Of a stretch of DNA of 64,000 nt, positions 1 to 10,001 are shown piece by piece. The position numbers and the translations under genes are program-made. The DNA comes from Acidobacteriaceae bacterium (GTDB lineage: Bacteria; Acidobacteriota; Terriglobia; Terriglobales; Acidobacteriaceae), in assembly GCA_036498865.1 (NCBI GenBank), contig DASYEU010000015.1, positions 8,918 to 72,917 on the forward strand, in the 5' to 3' direction. The notes below the pieces were generated by a model. The model was not told the DNA's origin. It did not search any database and worked only from the letters and a program-made list of their open reading frames with translations. Numbering within the stretch: the stretch's first letter is position 1; every line of letters starts with the position of its first letter.

Positions 1-1618
1 AGGGGAGAGACTGCAGGCGTTTTCCGTCTGGAAAGCTGAAGACTCCCGAATCCTTGAAGTCTTTGCTCGGCACGACGCCAACGATCTTGTCATCTCCGAT
101 GAACGCGTATGGACCGGGGATACCGCTTCGCAGTTCCTTGCCGATGGGGATGGTGGCGCGGGTACGTAGGTCGAAGGCCAGCTTGGCATCGGCGGGCCCA
201 ATGAGCAGAGTGTTGCCGTCTGCGGAGAGGCTGGAGGGCATCAGGTCAACCGGAACTAGAGCTCCTCGATTGATGGCCAACTGGACAAGGAAGCCGAAGG
301 TGGGCTGGAAGAAGTCTTTCTTCTGATAGAACATTTCGCCGGTGGCGGGGTCGAGAGCGGTGAGGTCGAGAAATACGCCGTTTTCTTCGTCGCGGATGGA
401 GATGCAGAAGAGGGTACGGCCGTCGGGTGCGAGCTTGGTCTGGATGCATTCGTGGCGCGCGATTGGTTCGTGAGACGCGAGCATCTTCTGTTCAGGGACG
501 CTCCACTCTTCGGTGTGCAGGCCCGGAGTGTGGAAGACGATGTGCTGGGAATCGGGGCTGAACTCGGCGGGGAGGGCCTTCTCGGCATCGAAGCGGAAGA
601 GCAGTTTGTACGGGTCGCGAGAGAGGACAAAGATAGAGCTCTCGTCCTGGGCCAGCAGATACTTTCCATCGCGGCTGAAGCGGAGGCGATCGAGGTCCAT
701 GCGCAGCGGCGGTGTGAGTGCGGCCTCGCTGATGGGTTTGACGTTGGCGTCGATGGCCGCAGGTTGGTTAGCGATGACGAGCGACTGCCAATGCAGAAAG
801 TCGGCGCTGGCACTGGACGTCGTGGCGCCGCAGCCCACGGGCAGGGCGTTGACGAGTTTAAGGATGGCGCGCAGGCGCTTCTCTTCGGGCTTAGTAGTTC
901 CGAAGAAGTCGGAGAGCCGGCCGCCGATCTTGCCGTCAACGAAGAACATCCGGTTCCAGAACTCGGAGTACGCCTGCGGACGGTAGCCTGCCGCAGCTGT
1001 TGCGTAGACGGAAACGACGTCCGCCTGATCCTGCTTTTCGTCGGTATCGCCGCCAGGACCGGGATGCTTGTCCTTTAGCTGCGCGTCGACGAGACGCTGG
1101 AACTTGGCATACACGTCTGCCTTGTCGGTGACGCTGGTGATGTTGAGGAGGCGCTTCAAGTCCGCGGTGGTCTCGATGGCGAATTGGTGAGAGAGGATGT
1201 GGCCCATCTCGTGAGCGATCACGGAGGCGATTTCGTCTTCGCTACGTGCGTTTGCGACTAGCTTGCGGGTGAGGTAGACGTGACCTCCGGCGAGAGAGAA
1301 GCCGTTGACCTCAGAGGAATCGACCAGCACAACGTGGAACTGAATGCTGGTGGGAGGGAGGGACGCAAGGAGGCGTTTGGCGATGCCGGCGAGGTATGCG
1401 TTCTCCGCGGGATCCTGGATGGGACGGTAGTCGCGCTCGAGCATGTCGGCCATGGCGTCGCCGAGCCACTGCTCCTGTTGCTCCGAGAAGATATTGGGCT
1501 GGGTGGAGGAGAGGATGGCAGGCGGTGCGGGGCACGTCCCAGGAGGCGCTACCGCGATGACTGGAATTGCGAAACAAAAGAGTGCGACGAGGGTAAAACG
1601 GGACAGGTTCGAGCTCAT
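1..1618 (-). CDS. M48-family zinc metallopeptidase, secreted, with long C-terminal propeller-like extension; 3' end cut by window edge
   Basis: Absent from the ORF track because there is no stop inside the window. Hand translation from ATG at 1616-1618 (minus) gives MSSNLSRFTLVALFCFAIPVIAVAPPG (signal peptide) ... EDEIASVIAHEMGHILSHQF (HExxH, about nt 1190-1225). The frame stays open to nt 1 and third codon positions are G/C-rich. Confidence 0.75.
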   Translation of the reverse strand, partial: MSSNLSRFTLVALFCFAIPVIAVAPPGTCPAPPAILSSTQPNIFSEQQEQWLGDAMADMLERDYRPIQDPAENAYLAGIAKRLLASLPPTSIQFHVVLVDSSEVNGFSLAGGHVYLTRKLVANARSEDEIASVIAHEMGHILSHQFAIETTADLKRLLNITSVTDKADVYAKFQRLVDAQLKDKHPGPGGDTDEKQDQADVVSVYATAAAGYRPQAYSEFWNRMFFVDGKIGGRLSDFFGTTKPEEKRLRAILKLVNALPVGCGATTSSASADFLHWQSLVIANQPAAIDANVKPISEAALTPPLRMDLDRLRFSRDGKYLLAQDESSIFVLSRDPYKLLFRFDAEKALPAEFSPDSQHIVFHTPGLHTEEWSVPEQKMLASHEPIARHECIQTKLAPDGRTLFCISIRDEENGVFLDLTALDPATGEMFYQKKDFFQPTFGFLVQLAINRGALVPVDLMPSSLSADGNTLLIGPADAKLAFDLRTRATIPIGKELRSGIPGPYAFIGDDKIVGVVPSKDFKDSGVFSFPDGKRLQSLP

Positions 1619-1829
1619 GGTTGTCCAAAGTTCAGGATGGCGGAAGCATATCACTGCCTGGGAGTAATCGAACGGATGTTTTCGTTGACAGGGGCAGTGC
1701 GGGTTGGGTAGATTTCTTTCCGCGCTCGAAACTGTTTCCCCCTCGCAAGATCATTGCTTCTCTTTTCTCCGAGTAGACCTGCGGCCAAAACCTGGCTGTG
1801 ATCGATATCCCTGCCTAAAGAGAGGTTTC

Positions 1830-4800
1830 ATGCCTACCCTTCGTGTGTCTCGTGTTTTCCTTCTCTCTGCCCTGAGTTCCTTTGCGCTGGCCCTGGCCGG
1901 TTGTGCCTTGAATGGTGGACCGGGCGCTGCCCTGAAAGGATCAAGCGGAAGTTCGGGTGGAGGAATCGATCTATCGCGCACGGCGGGATTGGGCGGTTCC
2001 GTGTTTGGCGGTCAGCAGCCGATCAGTGGGGCGGCGGTGACGTTGTGGGCGGCAGGCACGACGGGCAGCTATGGGACCGCTGCAACCTCGGTCGCGACGA
2101 CGACGACGGACTCGAATGGAAATTTCACCTTCAATGTCGCGGGCGTGTCGCCGTGTACGACGGGACAGTATTTGTACATCACGTCGGCGGGCGGAGATCC
2201 GGGCGGTGGCACGAATTCGTTTGCCGCGCTGATGGCGGCGCTGCCGGCGCCTTGCGGTCCGGGGACGGCGAATACCTTTGTCACGGTGAACGAGGTGACG
2301 ACTGTTGCGTCGGTGACGGCGTTGCAGCAGTTCATGAGCATCACGCCGGGAGGGAATCCCGCGTGGACGATTGGGGCTCCGGCAGCGAATGTGACCGGGC
2401 TGGCCAATGCGTTCGTGCAGGTGGGGAACCTGACGAACATCGGAACCGGAACGTCGGGGGTTACGACGTCGGCGTCGACGATCAACAGCGTTACGTACAC
2501 GACGACGATTACGCCGGATTCGACCAAGATCAACACGCTGGCGGATATTCTGGCGGCCTGCATCAATACGGCGGGGACCAGCATCTGCACCAGCTTGTTT
2601 ACGGACACGACGCCGAGTGGTTCGAGCGCGCCGACGGATACGATTCAGGCGGCTTATTACCTGGCGACGAATGCGGGCGGGTTGGCGTTGCCTGCGCACG
2701 GGGCTTTGCAGGGAGAGCCCTACTATCTCTGCAGCACGTACGTGAGTGGGACCGCTCCGTTTCAGCCGTCGGGCGCGTGCTCGGTGAGCAGCACGACGTA
2801 TCCCACGGATTGGGCGATTGGGGTTGGATGGCAGACCAGCAATGGGACGGCGACGGTGGGCACCGCGAACACCTATGGCGTTGCCATCGACGGAAATGGG
2901 AACGTCTGGACCGCTTACAGTGTCGTGAGCGGGTCTACGAGCAATCCAGCGAACATCACTGAGTTCAACCAGGCCGGGCAGGTGCAGTTCACTCCGGTGG
3001 CAAGCACGGTGATCAGCGCGGGGCCGACGACGCAGGAGAATGGCGGCACTCCGACGACGTACAGTCCGAATTTCACGTCGGTACTGAATGGATCGAGCAC
3101 GTACTCGGTGCTGGGCGGGCGAGGGTTGGATCTGGCGATCGACACCAGCAATAACGCATGGTTCAGCAGCACCAATGGAGCTGTGCCCCCGGTTACGGTT
3201 GCGGATGCAAGTGTTCTTACCCAGGTTTCGCCGACCGGCACGTCAACGGGGTGGTTGATTCCTGCATTGGCTCCGGGGCCGCTGGCGATCGACGGCAGCA
3301 ACAATATCTTCGTTACGGATGAGCCGCTCGGGCTCCAGTCCACCAGCTTCCGTTCCTACACGTCGGAGCTGGAATTCTCGAATGTCAGTCATCCTGGAAC
3401 ATATGCGGTGTTTGACGGCGGACTCGACCGGCAGACGACGGTTGGTGAAGTGGTGTGGGCGGACAATGCGGGATATGCGTGGAGCGTCGCGAGCGGCGGC
3501 AAATGCACTCCTCCGGGCACCATCTATCGCGGAAACACGGCTGAGTTTGAGGCGGACGGAGCTCTTGGCGTGAGCGCAGACGACGTCACGAATGCGAGCG
3601 CCTGCCCGCTGTGGAGTGGATTTACGGATGGAACTGGCGGCGCGTTCTTTGCCAACGGTGCGCTGTCGCATTTGGCTATCAGCGGAGGAAGCGCTTCCAA
3701 GTCCGCGCCTCTGGTCGGGACGCTGACGGCCGGAACGGGCACGAGCAATGGAGGTCTGGACGGCGGCAATGGAGTCTTTGTCGATGGGCTTGGAGATATC
3801 TGGGTTGCCAACTCGGTGGGCGGAGTCTCCGAATTCACTTATTCCAGCGGCACGAACGCGTTTACTCCGCTTTCTCCTTCGGGCACTGCGACTGTGCCGG
3901 TGTATGGTTTCGGGACGAGCTATCTCGCCGGTACGACTCCGTATTTTGTGGCTGCGGACGCATCGGGCAATTTGTGGGTCGGGAGCGGCGGCAACACGCT
4001 GCATTACCTCGTCGGGATTGCAGGTCCCACAGTGACCCCCATTTCGCTGATGCTGAAGACGAGCTTCATCGGCTCTCGTCCGGGCGCTTTGACTCTGGTC
4101 TCGCTCACGTCTTCGCTCTCCTACAACACGGTAACGTCGGCTGGGCAAGCGATGACCGCGACGCTGACGAACACTGGCTCTGCAACGGTGAAGATCGGGA
4201 CGATGTCGTTTACGGGCACTACGCCGGGTGATTTCTCTGTGACCGGTACGACGTGTGGAGCGACTCTGTCGATTGGCGCGAGCTGCACGATCGCGGTGAC
4301 GTTCAACTCCGGTACGGCGGGCACCTTCAACGGCACGTTGAATGTTGCGAGCAATGCGGCGGGCAGTCCTGCGTTGACGAGCTTGACCGGTACTGCTGCC
4401 GCGTCCGCTGGGTCAATCAATCTGCAGCCAGGGACGATTCCGCCGACAGGACCTTCGATCACGTTCCCGTCGCAGGTGGCGGGCAGTGTGAGCACGGCGC
4501 AGGCGGTGGTGTTGACGAATACCGGCGCAACGACCATGAACCTTGCGCTGGGCACGACGGGCACGGGTGCGAACCTGTTCCCGGACACGACCAATTGCGG
4601 GAGTTCGCTGGCGGCAGGGGCCTCTTGCTTCGTGTCGTTCAAGTTTGCGCCCAAGGTGGCTGGAGGCTATTCGGCTGCGTTGTCGATCACCAACGATGCC
4701 GGTACGGGATCAACGGCCTCGCTCGCGGGGACGGCGACACCGTTCACGATCACGATGAACACTACGAATCCGGCGGCGTGGGTCATCGATAACGGCGCGA

Positions 4801-6953
4801 TCACATTCAACTGGAATTCGAATTCGGCTTACCTGAACAGCTGGGTGCTGGATGGCTACTCCGATCAACTGGTGGACACCACGACGCTGGGCTCGGGCAG
4901 CCAGGTGGAAGGGTTGTATTCCGGCATGGTCGGTCCATTTATGAACGGCACGCCCACGTCGTCCTGCACCTCGGTGGGCGCGACGGTCACTGGTCCCGTC
5001 ACCTGCACGGCGGGAAGCGGCACCACGCCGTATGTCGATTGGGCCATTACGTGGCTCGACACGGCATCCCCCGCGCTCAACGACTATACCTTCGTTTGGC
5101 ACTATGTTGTCTTCCCGAACGATCCTGGCGTGCATAGCTACATTCAGCTGATCCATAACGCCAGCAACACTAATCCCGTCGACCCCGGCATCGGCCAGAT
5201 TCAGTGGATCTTCCGCGATAACCAGTCGATCTTTACCCATACGTACGAAGTGAACTCAAGCCTGGGCTGGTTGGGTGTGGAAGACATTCCGCTGCCTTCG
5301 GTCGCCGACATGGCGTCCTCCGATCCTGGGAGGGTGGTGCAGAATGCGGCGGAGGATCTGCACGGCTTTGCCGACATACCCGCGGGCTTTGGCCGTGAGT
5401 TCATGACCAAGTACGACTACGCGGGATACGAGTACCTGCACCAGGCGTCCGGCCTGTACGGCCCCGCGACCTCCGGCACCACGTACGGAGTGTGGACCGT
5501 GCTTCCCAACAAAGAGACGTTCGTTGGCGGACCCACCAAGCAGGACCTCTGGTTTACCGAGAACATTGACATGATTGAGGCGCAGTCGAACCACGAGCTC
5601 AATCAATTGGTCCTGAGCACGCCGGCGGGCGTGGCGTCGAACCGCTTGTGGGGGCCGTACTACATCCATGTCAACACCCTCGGCCAGGCGTACAACCAGA
5701 CCGGGAATGTGCTGGCGTCGCAGGCCGATATGTATGCGGATGCGATCGCTGCCGGCAACTCGTTGTTGAGCAATTACGACAATGTGTCGCCGCTGGTGGC
5801 CGCCGGCTATGTGCCTTCCACCGGGCGTGGCTCGGTCTCCATCCAGATGAATAACGTGTCTGGCGCAGCGCACACCGCCTGGGCAGTGCTCGGCGATCCG
5901 AACACCAACTTCCAGTATTCGGGCCAGGGCATGCAGTACTGGGCGGACATCAGCGCGAACGGGACGGCAACGATTACCGGCGTTGCTCCGGGGACCTACC
6001 GGCTGAGCGTGTACGTGCTGGGCCAGTGGGGCGAGTATCGTCAGGACGGCATTGTGGTGACGGCGAACAATACGACCACAGTTCCGGCGGCGACATTCGC
6101 TCCCGAGAATTTTGCGGGCAACACGGGCGGAACAAGCGGCGAGACGATCTTCACGATCGGCACAGCGGACCGCTCGTCGCACGAGTTCCTGCACGGCCAC
6201 AACATCGTGACCGGCAACGATGACCGCGAGTTCTGGGGCAACTGGAACTTCTGGCAGGACTTTGCCGCCAACCAGGGAGCCGTCGTGTACTACGCGACGC
6301 CCGTGGGCTCGACGCCTGCAACCAACGACCTCTCCAAGTGGAACTACACCCACTGGGGCACTACCTTCAACCCAGGTTTGTATGCCGGTGTCTTCAGCAG
6401 CGGCGACGACACGACCGACGGATATCAATATGCCGGTCAGGTGTACGCGGGAATTGGCGGCGTCGGAGCAGAGTCCGGCATTCCGTCGTATGTCGCCGGT
6501 CTGTCCAACGCTGCGGGGACGAATGGGGTGACGACTCCTCCTCCGGTTTGGCAGGTTTACTTTGCCACGCCGAATGACATCACCAACTACGCATCGGGCT
6601 ATGCGCAGCTTTCCGTCGCTGTGGCCTGCAGCGACGGCAGCTACGTGATCAACCTGAACGGGCACCAGTTGATCTATTCGAGGGCGAACTTCTCCGACTG
6701 CATGATCCGTTCGGGGCTCTCCGGTTACACCGAATGGTTTGTGATGGAGTTCCCCGCCAGCTACCTGAACCAGACCCCCGGAGGCAGCAACGAATTCACC
6801 GTCGGGATGACTCAGATTGGGTCACAGGACGACGCGTGGCGTTTGGATCTCACCAACACCACGGCGAACCCGGCAACCACCGGCTGGAAGGACTACACCT
6901 ACATATCGCCCGGAGGCACGACGCAACCGAACGATGCAGTCCCGAACCCATAG
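1830..6953 (+). CDS. Giant secreted lipoprotein: N-terminal Ig/CarboxypepD_reg-like region, NHL/SMP30-like propeller repeats, two choice-of-anchor-D (ASH/Ig-like) domains, C-terminal PL4-type rhamnogalacturonan lyase module
   Basis: ORF 1704..6953. Likely start is ATG 1830 (aaagagagg just upstream), giving MPTLRVSRVFLLSALSSFALALAGC (lipobox). Propeller-like repeats: GVAIDGNGNVWTA, LAIDTSNNAWFS, LAIDGSNNIFVTD, VFVDGLGDIWVANS, ADASGNLWVGS. Choice-of-anchor-D-like: TLTNTGSATVKIG...CGATLSIGASCTIAVTF and VVLTNTGATTMNL...CGSSLAAGASCFVSFKF. C-terminus (WVIDNGAITFNW, GVWTVLPNKETFVGGPTKQDL, LWGPYYIHVN, GTYRLSVYVLGQWGEY, TIGTADRSSHEF) resembles PL4 lyases. Confidence 0.8.
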   Translation: MPTLRVSRVFLLSALSSFALALAGCALNGGPGAALKGSSGSSGGGIDLSRTAGLGGSVFGGQQPISGAAVTLWAAGTTGSYGTAATSVATTTTDSNGNFTFNVAGVSPCTTGQYLYITSAGGDPGGGTNSFAALMAALPAPCGPGTANTFVTVNEVTTVASVTALQQFMSITPGGNPAWTIGAPAANVTGLANAFVQVGNLTNIGTGTSGVTTSASTINSVTYTTTITPDSTKINTLADILAACINTAGTSICTSLFTDTTPSGSSAPTDTIQAAYYLATNAGGLALPAHGALQGEPYYLCSTYVSGTAPFQPSGACSVSSTTYPTDWAIGVGWQTSNGTATVGTANTYGVAIDGNGNVWTAYSVVSGSTSNPANITEFNQAGQVQFTPVASTVISAGPTTQENGGTPTTYSPNFTSVLNGSSTYSVLGGRGLDLAIDTSNNAWFSSTNGAVPPVTVADASVLTQVSPTGTSTGWLIPALAPGPLAIDGSNNIFVTDEPLGLQSTSFRSYTSELEFSNVSHPGTYAVFDGGLDRQTTVGEVVWADNAGYAWSVASGGKCTPPGTIYRGNTAEFEADGALGVSADDVTNASACPLWSGFTDGTGGAFFANGALSHLAISGGSASKSAPLVGTLTAGTGTSNGGLDGGNGVFVDGLGDIWVANSVGGVSEFTYSSGTNAFTPLSPSGTATVPVYGFGTSYLAGTTPYFVAADASGNLWVGSGGNTLHYLVGIAGPTVTPISLMLKTSFIGSRPGALTLVSLTSSLSYNTVTSAGQAMTATLTNTGSATVKIGTMSFTGTTPGDFSVTGTTCGATLSIGASCTIAVTFNSGTAGTFNGTLNVASNAAGSPALTSLTGTAAASAGSINLQPGTIPPTGPSITFPSQVAGSVSTAQAVVLTNTGATTMNLALGTTGTGANLFPDTTNCGSSLAAGASCFVSFKFAPKVAGGYSAALSITNDAGTGSTASLAGTATPFTITMNTTNPAAWVIDNGAITFNWNSNSAYLNSWVLDGYSDQLVDTTTLGSGSQVEGLYSGMVGPFMNGTPTSSCTSVGATVTGPVTCTAGSGTTPYVDWAITWLDTASPALNDYTFVWHYVVFPNDPGVHSYIQLIHNASNTNPVDPGIGQIQWIFRDNQSIFTHTYEVNSSLGWLGVEDIPLPSVADMASSDPGRVVQNAAEDLHGFADIPAGFGREFMTKYDYAGYEYLHQASGLYGPATSGTTYGVWTVLPNKETFVGGPTKQDLWFTENIDMIEAQSNHELNQLVLSTPAGVASNRLWGPYYIHVNTLGQAYNQTGNVLASQADMYADAIAAGNSLLSNYDNVSPLVAAGYVPSTGRGSVSIQMNNVSGAAHTAWAVLGDPNTNFQYSGQGMQYWADISANGTATITGVAPGTYRLSVYVLGQWGEYRQDGIVVTANNTTTVPAATFAPENFAGNTGGTSGETIFTIGTADRSSHEFLHGHNIVTGNDDREFWGNWNFWQDFAANQGAVVYYATPVGSTPATNDLSKWNYTHWGTTFNPGLYAGVFSSGDDTTDGYQYAGQVYAGIGGVGAESGIPSYVAGLSNAAGTNGVTTPPPVWQVYFATPNDITNYASGYAQLSVAVACSDGSYVINLNGHQLIYSRANFSDCMIRSGLSGYTEWFVMEFPASYLNQTPGGSNEFTVGMTQIGSQDDAWRLDLTNTTANPATTGWKDYTYISPGGTTQPNDAVPNP

Positions 6954-6977
6954 CGTCGGGGATGCGATGATGGGTGC

Positions 6978-9008
6978 ATGATCTCGCAGGCGAACTGTGC
7001 GGCAACGACACCGATGGGTGCGACGTTGATTGCAGGCGGAGGCGCGACGTTTCGCGCGTGGGCTCCGCGGGCGACGGCGGTGTACCTGAACGGGGTCTTC
7101 GGCGGGGTGGTGCGTTCCGGGCTGACGCCGGATCTGCTGCTGGCGGAAGACGCGAACGGCTACTGGTCAGGATATGTAGCCGAGGCGGGCGATGGCGATA
7201 CCTACCGCTTCTGCGTGGTGGGTGCGGGCTCTAGCGGGTATAAGCGCGACCCGTATGCGCGGGAGCTGGCGCACGATGCGGCGCTGCCGTTTCCGGTGTG
7301 CTCGGCGGTGATTCGTGGTGCGACGGATTATCCGTGGCACGATGCCGGGTTCAGGCCGGCGGCGTTCTCGGACATGGTGCTGTATCAGTTGCATATTGGG
7401 ACCTATCTCTCGCAGGTGACCGGGAAGTGTGGAACTTTTCTGGACGTGATCGAGAAGCTTGAATACCTGGTGGCGCTGGGCGTGAACGTGGTGCAGCCGC
7501 TGCCGGTGTGGGGGAACGAAGACATCGCCGGCTCGCTCGGGTATGACGGCTCGGACTACTACTCGCCGGATATTGAATACGGTGTGTACGGCGCGGCCGA
7601 GCTGGCGGGACATTTGGCGACGATCAACCGGCTGCTGGCGGCGAAGGGATTTGCGCCGATGGCGCTGGTGGATATTACGCCGGTGTACGCGCAGTTGAAA
7701 GCGATGGTGGACTTGCTGCACGTGTATGGGATCGCCGTGGCGTTCGACGTGGTCTACAACCACGCCGGGGGGTGGAGCAATACGTATCCGGTGCCGGTGA
7801 CGGTGAACCCGAGCGGGAAGCTGAACGGGGATGACGAGAGCCTGTACTTCTGGGACCGCGCGGTGAATACGGGCGACAACAACCAGAGCCTTTACTTCAC
7901 GGACAAGGGATATGTGGGCGGCCTGTCGTTTGCGCTGTGGAATGCGGACGTGCGTGAATATCTGCTGAAGAACGCCGCGTTCTACCTGGAGGAGATGCAC
8001 GGGAACGGATTCCGCTACGACGAGATCTCGAACCTGCTGGGGATGAACGACGCAAGTGGCTGGGAGTTCGTGCGGGCGCTGTCGGACAAGGTGCGCGGGT
8101 TGGACCCGAGCGCGTTGCAGAATGCGGAGTACTGGCCGGGTGAGTACTACAACCAGCCGGCGACGAACGCGATCACGCCGGTAGCACAGGGCGGAATGGG
8201 TTTCGACACGGTGCAGCACGACGCGCTGCGCGAGGCGATCCGGACGGCGGTGGGGCAGGCCGCGGGAGGCTCGGGAGCCTATGTGGACATGACCGGGATC
8301 GCGATGGCGCTGTGGCCGGAGAACTTTGCGCACGCGTGGCAGACGATTCCGTGCGTGGAGAATCACGACATTGTGAAGGCGGGGACCGAGAGGAGGGTGC
8401 CGGTGCTGGCGGATGGCACCAATTCGCGGAGCTGGTATGCGCGGTCGAGGACGCGGGTGGCGATGGGGTTGCTGCTCACGGCGCCGGGAATTCCGCAGCT
8501 ATTCATGGGGCAGGAATTTCTGGAGGACAAGCAGTGGGGGGCGGACTCAAACGATGCTGCACACCTGATCTGGTGGGACGGGCTGGCGGCTGCGGCAGGG
8601 GGAGGAGCGGTAGACCAGGCGATGGCCGACCATCTGAAGTTCACCCAGGACGCGGTGGAGTTGCGAAACTCGCAGCCAGGGTTGCGGGGCGATGGGCTGA
8701 ACGTCTTCTATGCGAACGATGCGGACCGGGTGATTGCTTTTCAACGCTGGGTGGCGGGGCAAGGAAACGATGTGGTGGTAGTGGCGACGCTGAGCGAGTC
8801 GACGTGGTGGGGATATCGCGTGGGCTTTCCGAGGGCAGGACGATGGGTGGAGGTATTCAACAGCGACGTGTACGACCACTGGGTGAATCCGCAGGCCGCA
8901 GGCAATGGGGGCGGAGTAACGGCCGAGGCGGTGCCGATGCATGGGTTGGCGGCGAGCGCGGAAGTGGTGATTCCGGCGAATGGGGTAGTGGTGTTTGTGA
9001 AGGGGTAA
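6978..9008 (+). CDS. GH13 alpha-amylase-family glycoside hydrolase with N-terminal CBM48/E-set-like domain (alpha-glucan branching/debranching-type), cytoplasmic
   Basis: GATFRAWAPRATAVYLNG (E-set), then GH13 conserved regions DVVYNHAGG, GFRYDEIS, EYWP, VENHD. No signal peptide. Starts 24 nt after the preceding gene. Confidence 0.85.
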   Translation: MISQANCAATTPMGATLIAGGGATFRAWAPRATAVYLNGVFGGVVRSGLTPDLLLAEDANGYWSGYVAEAGDGDTYRFCVVGAGSSGYKRDPYARELAHDAALPFPVCSAVIRGATDYPWHDAGFRPAAFSDMVLYQLHIGTYLSQVTGKCGTFLDVIEKLEYLVALGVNVVQPLPVWGNEDIAGSLGYDGSDYYSPDIEYGVYGAAELAGHLATINRLLAAKGFAPMALVDITPVYAQLKAMVDLLHVYGIAVAFDVVYNHAGGWSNTYPVPVTVNPSGKLNGDDESLYFWDRAVNTGDNNQSLYFTDKGYVGGLSFALWNADVREYLLKNAAFYLEEMHGNGFRYDEISNLLGMNDASGWEFVRALSDKVRGLDPSALQNAEYWPGEYYNQPATNAITPVAQGGMGFDTVQHDALREAIRTAVGQAAGGSGAYVDMTGIAMALWPENFAHAWQTIPCVENHDIVKAGTERRVPVLADGTNSRSWYARSRTRVAMGLLLTAPGIPQLFMGQEFLEDKQWGADSNDAAHLIWWDGLAAAAGGGAVDQAMADHLKFTQDAVELRNSQPGLRGDGLNVFYANDADRVIAFQRWVAGQGNDVVVVATLSESTWWGYRVGFPRAGRWVEVFNSDVYDHWVNPQAAGNGGGVTAEAVPMHGLAASAEVVIPANGVVVFVKG

Positions 9009-9035
9009 GTCGCCCTTAATTTGTGCTTGCATCGG

Positions 9036-10001
9036 TTACATGGGGGGCGGGGGTGGACGGCGGAAACCGCCCGGGCCTCCTGGACCGCCGGGTGGCGGAC
9101 CCTGGTGGAGATGCTGGGGAGAGCCCATGAAGCAGCCGATGGTGTAGGGGTATTCGCGCGTCAGGACGTAGTGGTAGATGCTTTGGGGCTTGCCATCCCA
9201 GAGGACGGTGCTGGTGCGGCCGTGGCAGACGTCGAGGTTGGCGTTGGTGAGTTCGGCGCCGCCGGCGTCGTAGGTGCTGTAGATGCCGAAGCCGTCGATG
9301 GCATAGCCGATGAGCTGCTCGTTCTGAGTGGCGCCGGGGAGGCATGGGCTGGGTCCGTGGTAGTGATAGGTGCCTCGTGGTTCGGGGTGGCCGCTGCAGA
9401 GGTCCTGGACTTCGTGCGCGACTGCGTCGCGGCCCATTGCGTCGAGCGCGTTGAAGATGGCGACGCCGTTGAGGGCAACTCCGATCATGCCCATTGAAAC
9501 GCAGGATGGGGTGGCGGCGAGTTGTGGAGCGGCGGGGAGCGTGAGCTGGACGGTCTGCTTGCGGATGGAGTTGGGGTTGCGATCATAGGCGAACGCAGGG
9601 TCGGTGGGAGAGATGGGGAAGTTGCCGGTGGCGGTCTTGACGGGCAGGCCGTTGCCTTTGACGAGGCGGGAGACGACGAGCCCGTTCTGCGTTTGTGCGA
9701 TGGAGAACTCGGCGTCGGGCCACTCGAGCTTGCCCTGGACCTGGGGCTTGGCGGTCAGGTCCCAGGTGTCCTTGTGGATCCAGGGAGTCGGGCCGTTGGC
9801 GCCGAAGCCGCGGCTGAAGTCGGTTTGGCAGGACATGACATCGCCGGATCTGGGTGAGGTGGAGACGCGGCCATCGCCTAAGGGGAGATGACGGACGTCG
9901 AGGACGTCGTGTTTGGGGGCGGGCTGGTCGGTGGGAGCGGGGGCCGATCCGGCGAGGGCGAAGAGGGCGGGCAGCAGAAGCAGAACGTACGGCTTGAGCA
10001 A
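9036..10001 (-). CDS. YHYH-domain secreted protein
   Basis: TTG start preceded by GGAG. Signal peptide MLKPYVLLLLPALFALAGSAPA. GTYHYHGPSPC motif. Gly/Pro-rich C-terminal tail. Confidence 0.7.
   Translation of the reverse strand: MLKPYVLLLLPALFALAGSAPAPTDQPAPKHDVLDVRHLPLGDGRVSTSPRSGDVMSCQTDFSRGFGANGPTPWIHKDTWDLTAKPQVQGKLEWPDAEFSIAQTQNGLVVSRLVKGNGLPVKTATGNFPISPTDPAFAYDRNPNSIRKQTVQLTLPAAPQLAATPSCVSMGMIGVALNGVAIFNALDAMGRDAVAHEVQDLCSGHPEPRGTYHYHGPSPCLPGATQNEQLIGYAIDGFGIYSTYDAGGAELTNANLDVCHGRTSTVLWDGKPQSIYHYVLTREYPYTIGCFMGSPQHLHQGPPPGGPGGPGGFRRPPPPPM

Noticed and set aside
5256-6665. Long antisense or alternative-frame ORFs listed in the track. Examples: 5256..6665 minus, 7167..8366 minus, 10247..11212 minus, 13627..14751 minus, 21246..22397 minus, 39191..40240 minus, 46227..47699 plus, 52290..53888 minus, 61607..62380 minus.
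   Set aside because: They are typical high-GC shadow ORFs. Their translations are Arg/Pro/His/Gly-rich and low-complexity, with no recognisable motifs. Each overlaps a gene with strong family signatures on the other strand or in another frame.
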